64,000 nt of DNA. It comes from Balanoglossus misakiensis (Eukaryota; Animalia; Hemichordata). The DNA lies in assembly GCA_040954595.2 (NCBI GenBank), contig CM082593.2, forward strand, positions 9,309,200-9,373,199, written 5' to 3'. Below, one piece after another: positions 52,101-62,115 of the stretch (position 1 is its first letter; every line of letters begins with the position of its first letter). Both the position numbers and the translations under genes were made by a program. A model generated the notes under the pieces. It saw only the letters and a list, made by a program, of their open reading frames with translations, was not told where the DNA came from and made no database searches.

Positions 52101-55100
52101 AGTTTAACAGGCTAGAGTATTTCTTCAATGAGGGTTGCTGATAGTGGAATGGTGAGAGAAAACGTGTTCTTAATTCCTTGTAGATGGGGCAAATAAGACA
52201 AATGTGAAATTCCGTTTCAACTTGCTGTAAAATACAAAACTGACAAATTCTGTTATCTCTTGTTAACCCTTCAAAGCGGCCACTCTCTATTAATAGTTTG
52301 TGGTTTGAAATTCTAAATTTACAAAGGGTGACTCTAAATAGCTCAATATTTACACAATTCAAATATTTTTCAAAAGACAAATTATTTTTAAATAGACGAT
52401 AAGAATCCATCTTAGTGGAATTGACCAATTCACTGTGCCATACCTGCTGACCAATATCCAGGCATCTTTGTTTAAAATTTGAAAGAAAAAGACACTCGTT
52501 TCCCACAGCCTGTGACTCCCAGGCAATACCAAAACCAAAATAAAATAAAAGGTCTTTGACCTTTTTGGCCCAACAATTATAACCTTTGTCTGCCATTTCA
52601 CGTTGGTAGTCATAACATTGCTTAGTATATCTATAATTTTCGCTATGAATTAATTTTACCCAGTATTTAATAATGCGTGGTAGACGAAGCGTTTTCAAAG
52701 ATTGTCTGCCCAGTTCCCCCAAGACAGCTAAATTGGTTGACCTTGAACTAACCATGAGTATATATTTACAGAAATCTATTTGAATTTTTTCAACATCCTT
52801 ACCCTCATGAAAACCCCATACTTCACTACCGTACATAAGTATTGGAAGAATTTTGCAGTCGAAAATTCGTAGAGCTAGCTCTATGTCTATGTTTTTAAAC
52901 TGACTCAGATATCTTTTAATATTGTACATAGCTTTTTTCCCTTGTTTGGCAAGGATTTCTTGAGCCTTTGTCCAGATTCCTGAACAAGACAAGGTCAGAC
53001 CGAGGTAGTTAAAATACGGTACTGTCTGAACCTGGACCCCATTCAATGTCCATCTCTCGTAATTTTTCAACCTTCCCCCACTCCTGAAGACATCAATTTT
53101 TGTCTTGGACCCATTAACTTTTAGTTTCCATCTGTTAGATAGATACACGATTTGTTAAGCTGTCTTTGTAGTCCAATTACTGAATTACTTACAATTGTTA
53201 AATCGTCAGCAAAGCAAAGATACAAGAGCTTCAAAATTCCTACATAAACACCATTAAACATGCCATTTTTGAGGGTTTCGCCAAGATCATCGATGAAAAG
53301 ATTAAATAATAATGGGGACAAAACAGATCCTTGTTGCACACCATAAGTACACTGGAAAAAGTTTGTAATCCCATGTGGTGTTCGTACACATGATTTCACC
53401 GATTTGTACATAGATTTTAACACTATAAGCATTTTACTCTTCATTTCACGTTTCAGTAATTTATAAAACAAGGCGTTGTGATCAATTCTATCGAAAGCTT
53501 TCTCGAAATCAATGAATGCACCATAAAAACGTGATTTGTGTTTGGATAAGTATTTCCATATTGTAGTATCCAAAATAAAAATGTTGTCAATTGTGCTGCG
53601 GTTCTTCCTAAAACCAGCCTGAGCTTCAGTGATTGGCGAATTAAGTTCAACAAAGTCATTTAAACGCTTGAACATCACATTGCAAAAAATCTTACCAATA
53701 ATAGGAAGAAGAGTTATTCCCCTATAGTTACACACAGAGTCATGTACCCCTTTCTTAAAAAGAGGGATAATCATACCATTAACCCACTCTTCTGGGAAAA
53801 TACCTGAGTTGAGAACACTATTGAAAAAGTTATACAAAATTAATCTAAATTCTTGGCATGAATACTTAAAGAAATCCGCAGGTATGCCATCAACGCCTGC
53901 AGCTTTACCCAATTTCAGGTTATTAATTGCACTATCTATTTCTTCAAGTGATATTTCACTATCCAGAACACTGGTATCAACGTCTGTGCCTACATCCGTA
54001 TATACAGGATCATGAAATGAAAACGAATTGTTTACAAACTCGTCGACTTCCACATAAAAATCTTGGAAATCGTCGTGTAAATTGCCAGGAGTATTAAATA
54101 AAACAGAAAAGTAATCAACCCATTCCTTAGCAGTAATTGAATCAGGGGGACCCGGGGTATAAGGTCTCAACATGGACCAAAAACGCTTAGAATTCGGGTC
54201 CTTGGCGGCTTCGGCAAAATTACGTTGTTTCAATATATCATAGTTCCTTTTCTTTTCTTTCAGCAGGTTGTGATAATCTCGCTGGATGGATTTATAGACA
54301 CCGAATGAAATAGGGGTGGGACTATATTTATGGTTTCTAAGGACATTCTTAACTTTGGCTTTAAATTCACGGCATTCATCATCCCACCAATTATTCGTCT
54401 TTTTCACTCGTCTACCCATGCCACCTGTTTTCATACATGAAAGTGAGTTCCAAATTGTATCCCTCAGACAAAGCGCAGCATTGTCTATTTCCCCTAAAGA
54501 GAGAAGCCTATTGATTTCAGACACATGTGAGTTTGAAGATGCGCTGTTCCAAAAGTTGTTAACTACATTGAGTAACTTATTATCCCATTTACAAGTAAAT
54601 ATAGAAGAGTTATTAACATTGTTATAATCAGACGTAAGACTTGTTCTCTCTTGGTGAGACAGGTCTAATTTAAATATCAGTGGTTGGTGGTCTGATTCAA
54701 CCCTAGAATCAATATACATATCTGTTAACAGGTGAAGATCATGACAAGATAACAAAAGGTAATCTATCACACTGCCCCCGCTTTTGGAAAGAAATGTATA
54801 CTCACCACTTCCATGATTCTTAAAAAATCTCCCATTAACAATTTTAAAATTTGTGCTGTGACAAAAATCCAGTAACCGTTTACCATAATCATTAACTGAT
54901 GAATCTCTTGACTCTCGTATTGGCAAAGGTGGATCTACGTCACTGTCATCCACTGGCAAACACCTGGAATCCCATTCGATAGTATCAGAGACACAGCCTG
55001 TGCGGGCATTAAAATCGCCGCATAAAATTACAGGCGAGCCTTCGTGAATGGTTGAATATTTTGCTAATTCATTTTCTAACAATTGGAACATTTCTGGATT

Positions 55101-58100
55101 TGCATATTGAGATGACCCTTCTGGTGAGAAGTAGACAACACACATTAACAATGAATTAATTTGAAAGTTATCTTTGAGAAACAGCTTTACCCATAGAAAA
55201 TCCTCGGACAAACTTGGCAGCTGTTGGAAGCTTTTGCATATTGAGTTCTTGACAAAAACTGAAATACCCCCTGAAAATCTTCCTAAATGCATAATCTTTT
55301 TTCTAGCAAGGTTGATAGAAGTGTAATTGGGAATAGAAAACTGATCTGAAGTACAAGCCCACGTTTCCGTCAGGCAAATTACACCAAAATCCGATTTTGT
55401 CAAAAAAGACATGAAATCCGTGTCAAGAAATTTAGATTTTAAACCATTAATGTTCCAGCAAATAAACTGAGTGTCAGTATCTTTGCCATGTTCAGAATAT
55501 AAGCTGGTGTTACTCGTGTCTGCATCATACCGTGTATTGCGGCTTCGGCCTGACCCCTAGCGATCGCGACGATTTCTGTAGAAAGGGCGAATGTCATTCA
55601 GCGAATCGTCGAAAATATATAGAGTTCCATCGATCTTTAGCTTGTCATAATTCAAAAATGCAAGTTTACCTTCTTCTCTTGCTTTCTGTAGAAACTGTCC
55701 AAGCTTCCTCCTAGTCTCCCGTACCCTTGGAGTAAAGTCTTCGGAAACCCGAAAGTTTGTGTTCTTGAGACTCCCTCGTGCTTTCTGTAAGACTTGTTCC
55801 CGTTGTTTAAAGCGTGTGAATTTGGCAACAATAGGCTGGGGATGACCTTTCGCATTAGATAGACGATGAACCCCGTCGAATTCAAAGCTGCTACCATCTA
55901 GGTCTAGTTTCTCCGACAAAAATGTCTTCACTTTGTTTTCGGTATCGTCCCAAGTTTCATTAGGCGACTGTTCGATATTGTGGAATAACAGATTATCCCG
56001 TTTCATCCTACCTTTGACATCGTCGAGTTCCCTTAACACCGTGCTTATATTGTCTTTTAAATGCTTGTTCTCTTCCGCTAATCGAGCAGTTTCCTGGTAA
56101 TTTTCTCTCAGTTCGCTCCGCAAACGATTCACTTCATCCTTCAACTCGTCAACTCTATCATGAACATCGTGAACCGAAGTATCAATCTGTGTTTTCAGGT
56201 CGACTTTGAGTTCTCGAATTTCGCGTATGACATCGGCTAGACTGGTTTCTTTTGGGGCCTCCGGTTCGCCCACTGTTGGAGTCGAATTTGACCTGAGTTC
56301 TCTTTGAGTACCAGTACATTCTGTCAATTTTACCTGCTTAACCGCTTTTGGAGGTCCTGGGTTTAATTCAATGTCTCCACTCAAAGTCAAAAGAAGGGGT
56401 ACGAATACTGTGTTGCCTTGCAGACCTGCTGTTGCAACGGCATTGGTAACCATACGCTGTTCAAAAACCATGACATGTTCGTATTCCATAAAACTGTTGA
56501 TATCTTCATTGGTTGAAAAGCTGGCTAGGTTGTCCATTTCAATTTTAGATAGCAGACAACCAACCAACAACGTCAGTTCAATAATGAAAACTGTTGCTGT
56601 AGTTCTGCACAGATAGTCAAGAACAGGTGGCCAACGTGAATACCTTGTCCGTTGCGACACGTCACCGCTATGACTTTCGACACACTTCCAGGAATTTGGT
56701 TGTGAAAACCCGCCGATGCGTCCTCTCCAAAGTTGCAAACTGATACCCATCTTTGTAGTTTGATATTACCCTTCGCTTAGACTTGGAGTTACTGTGAATC
56801 TTGAAGTTTTAACGGGATATTTTGAAAAAGTTATACGAGCAGGCAGGAGACGATGCTGACACGTCCACTCCAATATGGCGCCATTATTCTCATGCTCCTC
56901 CTTCATTACTTACAGACAGGAGACACCCCTTTGCATTATGCAGCAAGGAGGGATGGTGGTGAAGGCCTTGTCAGATTGTTATTGGAACACAAAGCTGATG
57001 TGACCATACAAAACGAGGTAAATACCAACCTGACTTCTGCAGGTTTATTCTATCAATGCGGATATATTTATTCATTTGTTTGTGTCTTTGTCTATTTGTT
57101 TGTTTGTTTGTTTGTTTGGTTAAGGAAATTTCACATTACATTTCAATTTTGTGACATTATTCTCATGCTCCTCCTTCATTACTTACAGACAGGAGACACC
57201 CCTTTGCATTATGCAGCAAGGAGGGATGGTGGTGAAGGCCTTGTCAGATTGTTATTGGAACACAAAGCTGATGTGACCATACAAAACAAGGTAAATACCA
57301 ACCTGACTTCTGCAGGTTTATTCTATCAATGCGGATATATTTATTCATTTATTTGTTTGTTTGTTTGTTTAAGAAAATTTCACATTAGATTTCAATTTTT
57401 GTGACATTATTCTCATGCTCCTCCTTCATTACTTACAGGATGGAGACACCCCTTTGCATGATGCAGCAAGGAGGGATGATGGTGAAGCCCTTGTCAGATT
57501 GTTATTGGAACACAAAGCTGATGCTAACATACGAAACAAGGTAAATACCAACCTGACTTCTGCAGGTTTATTCTATTGATGCGGATATATTTATTCATTT
57601 ATTTGTTTGTTTGTTTGTTTATGGAAATTTCACATAATATTTCAATTTTTGTGACATTATTCTCATGCTCCTCCTTCATTACTTACAGGATGGAGACACT
57701 CCTTTGCATTATGCAGCAAGGAGAGTTGGTGGTGAATGCCTTGTCAGATTGTTATTGGAACACAAAGCTGATGCTAACATACAAAACAAGGTAAATACCA
57801 ACCTGACTTCAGCAGGTTTATTCTATCACTGCGGATATATTTATTCATTTATTTGTTTGTTTGTTTGTTTGTTTAAGGAAATTTCACATTAGATTTCAAT
57901 TTTTGTGACATTATTCTCATGCTCCTCCTTCATTACTTACAGGATGGAGACACCCTTTTGCATTATGCAGCAAGGTTTCGTGATGAAGGCCGTGTCAGAT
58001 TGTTATTGGAACACAAAGCTGATGCTAACATACAAAACAAGGTAAATACCAACCTGACTTCTATAGGTTAATTCTGAAAGTATTGAAATATTTTTTTGTT

Positions 58101-61100
58101 TTTTTTTGTTTAAGGAAATTTCACATTATATTTCAATTTTTGTGACATTATTCTCATGCTCCTCCTTCATTACTTACAGGATGGAGACACTCCTTTGCAT
58201 TATGCAGTAAGGGATGGTGATGAAGGCCATGTCAGATTGTTATTGGAACACAAAGCTGATGCTAACATACAAAACAAGGTAAATACCAACCTGACTTCTA
58301 TAGGTTAATTCTGAAAGTATTGAAATATTTTTTTGTTTTTTTTTGTTTAAGGAAATTTCACATTATATTTCAATTTTTGTGACATTATTCTCATGCTCCT
58401 CCTTCATTACTTACAGGATGGAGACACTCCTTTGCATTATGCAGTAAGGGATGGTGATGAAGGCCATGTCAGATTGTTATTGGAACACAAAGCTGATGTG
58501 ACCATACAAAACAAGGTAAATACCAACCTGACTTCTGCAGGTTTATTCTATCAATGCGGATATATTTATTCATTTATTTGTTTGTTTGTTTGTTTATGGA
58601 AATTTCACATAATATTTCAATTTTTGTGACATTATTCTCATGCTCCTCCTTCATTACTTACAGGATGGAGACCCTCCTTTGCATTATGCAGCAAGGAGGG
58701 TTGGTGGTGAATGCCTTGTCAGATTGTTATTGGAACACAAAGCTGATGCTAACATACAAAACAAGGTAAATACCAACCTGACTTCAGCAGGTTTATTCTA
58801 TCACTGCGGATATATTTATTCATTTATTTGTTTGTTTGTTTGTTTAAGGAAATTTCACATTAGATTTCAATTTTTGTGACATTATTCTCATGCTCCTCCT
58901 TCATTACTTACAGGATGGAGACACTCCTTCGCATGATGCAGCAAGGAGGGATGGTGGTGAAGGCCTTGTCAGATTGTTATTGGAACACAAAGCTGATGCT
59001 AACATACAAAACAAGGTAAATACCAACCTGACTTCTGCAGGTTAATTCTGAAAGTATTGAAATATTTTTTTGTTTTTTTTTGTTTAAGGAAATTTCACAT
59101 TATATTTCAATTTTTGTGACATTATTCTCATGCTCCTCCTTTATTACTTACAGGATGGAGACACTCCTTTGCATTATGCAGCAAGGGATGGTGATGAAGG
59201 CCATGTCAGATTGTTATTGGAACACAAAGCTGATGTTTACATACAAAACAAGGTAAATACCAACCTGACTGCTGCAGGTTTATTCTATCAGTGCGGATAT
59301 ATTTATTCATTTTTTTGTTTGTTTGTTTGTTCGTTTACGGAAATTTCACATTATATTTCAATTTTGTGACATTATTCTCATGCTCCTCCTTCATTACTTA
59401 CAGGATGGAGACACTCCTTTGCATTATGCAGCAAGGAGGGTTGGCAAAGGCCTTGTCAGATTGTTATTGGAACACAAAGCTGATGCTAACATACAAAACA
59501 AGGTAAAGACCAACCTGACTTCTGCAGGTTAATTCTATCAATGCGGATATATTTATTCATTTATTTGTTTGTTTGTTTGTTTATGGAAATTTCACATAAT
59601 ATTTCAATTTTTGTGACATTATTCTCATGCTCCTCCTTCATTACTTACAGGATGGAGACACTCCTTTGCATTATGCAGCAAGGAGGGTTGGTGGTGAATG
59701 CCTTGTCAGATTGTTATTGGAACACAAAGCTGATGCTAACATACAAAACAAGGTAAATACCAACCTGACTTCAGCAGGTTTATTCTATCACTGCGGATAT
59801 ATTTATTCATTTATTTGTTTGTTTGTTTGTTTAAGGAAATTTCACATTAGATTTCAATTTTTGTGACATTATTCTCATGCTCCTCCTTCATTACTTACAG
59901 GATGGAGACACTCCTTCGCATGATGCAGCAAGGAGGGATGGTGGTGAAGGCCTTGTCAGATTGTTATTGGAACACAAAGCTGATGCTAACATACAAAACA
60001 AGGTAAATACCAACCTGACTTTTGCAGGTTAATTCTGAAAGTATTGAAATATTTTTTTGTTTTTTTTTGTTTAAGGAAATTTCACATTATATTTCAATTT
60101 TTGTGACATTATTCTCATGCTCCTCCTTTATTACTTACAGGATGGAGACACTCCTTTGCATTATGCAGCACGGGATGGTGATGAAGGCCATGTCAGATTG
60201 TTATTGGAACACAAAGCTGATGTTTACATACAAAACAAGGTAAATAGCAACCTGACTGCTGCAGGTTTATTCTATCAGTGCGGATATATTTATTCATTTT
60301 TTTGTTTGTTTGTTCGTTTACGGAAATTTCACATTATATTTCAACACTCCTTTGCATTATGCAGCAAGGAGGGTTGGCAAAGGCCTTGTCAGATTGTTAT
60401 TGGAACACAAAGCTGATGCTAACATACAAAACAAGGTAAAGACCAACCTGACTTCTGCAGGTTAATTCTATCAATGCGGATATATTTATTCATTTATTTG
60501 TTTGTTTGTTTAAGGAAATTTCACATTAGATTTCTATTTTTGTGACATTATTCTCATGCTCCTCCTTCATTACTTACAGGATGGAGACACCCTTTTGCAT
60601 TATGCAGCAATGTTTCGTGATGAAGGCCGTGTCAGATTGTTATTGGAACACAAAGCTGATGCTAACATACAAAACAAGGTAAATACCAACCTGACTTCTA
60701 TAGGTTAATTCTGAAAGTATTGAAATATTTTTTTGTTTTTTTTTGTTTAAGGAAATTTCACATTAGATTTCAATTTTTGTGACATTATTCTCATGCTCCT
60801 CCTTCATTACTTACAGGATGGAGACACTCCTTCGCATGATGCAGCAAGGAGGGATGGTGGTGAAGGCCTTGTCAGATTGTTATTGGAACACAAAGCTGAT
60901 GCTAACATACAAAACAAGGTAAATACCAACCTGACTTCTGCAGGTTTATTCTATCAATGCGGATATATTTATTCATTTATTTGTTTGTTTGTTTGTTTAT
61001 GGAAATTTCACATAATATTTCAATTTTTGTGACATTATTCTCATGCTCCTCCTTCATTACTTACAGGATGGAGACACTCCTTTGCATTATGCAGCAAGGA

Positions 61101-62114
61101 GGGTTGGCAAAGGCCTTGTCAGATTGTTATTGGAACACAAAGCTGATGCTAACATACAAAACAAGGTAAAGACCAACCTGACTTCTGCAGGTTAATTCTA
61201 TCAATGCGGATATATTTATTCATTTATTTGTTTGTTTGTTTAAGGAAATTTCACATTAGATTTCTATTTTTGTGACATTATTCTCATGCTCCTCCTTCAT
61301 TACTTACAGGATGGAGACACCCTTTTGCATTATGCAGCAAGGTTTCGTGATGAAGGCCGTGTCAGATTGTTATTGGAACACAAAGCTGATGCTAACATAC
61401 AAAACAAGGTAAATACCAACCTGACTTCTATAGGTTAATTCTGAAAGTATTGAAATATTTTTTTGTTTTTTTTTGTTTAAGGAAATTTCACATTATATTT
61501 CAATTTTTGTGACATTATTCTCATGCTCCTCCTTCATTACTTACAGGATGGAGACACTCCTTTGCATTATGCAGTAAGGGATGGTGATGAAGGCCATGTC
61601 AGATTGTTATTGGAACACAAAGCTGATGCTAACATACAAAACAAGGTAAATACCAACCTGACTTCTGCAGGTTTATTCTATCAATGCGGATATATTTATT
61701 CATTTATTTGTTTGTTTGTTTGTTTATGGAAATTTCACATAATATTTCAATTTTTGTGACATTATTCTCATGCTCCTCCTTCATTACTTACAGGATGGAG
61801 ACACTCCTTTGCATTATGCAGCAAGGAGGGTTGGCAAAGGCCTTGTCAGATTGTTATTGGAACACAAAGCTGATGCTAACATACAAAACAAGGTAAATAC
61901 CAACCTGACTTCAGCAGGTTTATTCTATCACTGCGGATATATTTATTCATTTATTTGTTTGTTTGTTTGTTTGTTTGTTTAAGGAAATTTCACATTAGAT
62001 TTCAATTTTTGTGACATTATACTCATGCTCCTCCTTCATTACTTACAGGATGGAGACACTCCTTCGCATGATGCAGCAAGGAGGGATGGTGGTGAAGGCC
62101 TTGTCAGATTGTTA
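46173..62114 (+). CDS. Spliced ankyrin-repeat gene, one repeat per phase-0 exon (partial; start and 3' part not identified)
   Basis: AG/GT-bounded 99- or 102-nt exons at 46173-46271, 47526-47624, 48445-48543, 48713-48814 and 51624-51725, then 22 units from 56916; GDTPLHYAA..LLLEHKADANIQNK consensus. Confidence 0.9.
47095..47266. mobile_element. Tc1/mariner-type MITE (intronic)
   Basis: TA-CAGTAATACCTGTC..GACGGGTTTTACTG-TA; shares AAAAGAACCTTTACAA with the 39545 copy. Confidence 0.7.
52015..55556 (-). CDS. LINE ORF2 (APE endonuclease, RT, C-terminal CCHC), one frameshift near 53150
   Basis: WNINGL, LTETW, GDFNAR, SDH, QAGFR, GVQQGSVLSPLLF, FADD and CQFC..EFH..C. Confidence 0.92.
55557..56750 (-). 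CDS. LINE ORF1 (2A-like peptide, coiled coil, L1-type RNA-binding domains)
   Basis: 397 aa; LLLTLSGDIELNPGP; RDNLLFHNIE, VHRL..PQPIVAKF and RVSEDFT. Confidence 0.92.
   Translation of the reverse strand: MGISLQLWRGRIGGFSQPNSWKCVESHSGDVSQRTRYSRWPPVLDYLCRTTATVFIIELTLLVGCLLSKIEMDNLASFSTNEDINSFMEYEHVMVFEQRMVTNAVATAGLQGNTVFVPLLLTLSGDIELNPGPPKAVKQVKLTECTGTQRELRSNSTPTVGEPEAPKETSLADVIREIRELKVDLKTQIDTSVHDVHDRVDELKDEVNRLRSELRENYQETARLAEENKHLKDNISTVLRELDDVKGRMKRDNLLFHNIEQSPNETWDDTENKVKTFLSEKLDLDGSSFEFDGVHRLSNAKGHPQPIVAKFTRFKQREQVLQKARGSLKNTNFRVSEDFTPRVRETRRKLGQFLQKAREEGKLAFLNYDKLKIDGTLYIFDDSLNDIRPFYRNRRDR
56888..62114 (+). repeat. Tandem array of 22 exon+intron units (~237-273 bp)
   Basis: Exon starts at 56916, 57189, 57439, 57689, 57943, 58180, 58417, 58664, 58914, 59154, 59404, 59651, 59901, 60141, (60344, acceptor deleted), 60580, 60817, 61067, 61310, 61547, 61794 and 62049. 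Confidence 0.95.
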
Positions 62115-62115
62115 T

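Larger units (their letters stand above)
51877..56881 (-). mobile_element. Full-length APE-type LINE (RTEX/CR1-group-like) inserted antisense in an ankyrin intron
   Basis: CATTAT at both junctions (51871-51876 and 56882-56887), AATAAA plus (TA)n tail, ORF1 and ORF2. Confidence 0.93.

Noticed and set aside
56853-61982. ORF-track proteins with hydrophobic tails (FICLFVCL..) as membrane-anchored ankyrins
   Set aside because: These are translations of T-rich introns; canonical AG/GT sites bound exact ankyrin repeats and most introns break frame
56888-62114. CRISPR array or diversity-generating retroelement (RT next to variable repeats)
   Set aside because: The RT is an ordinary LINE with a TSD and tail, and the variation is not adenine-specific
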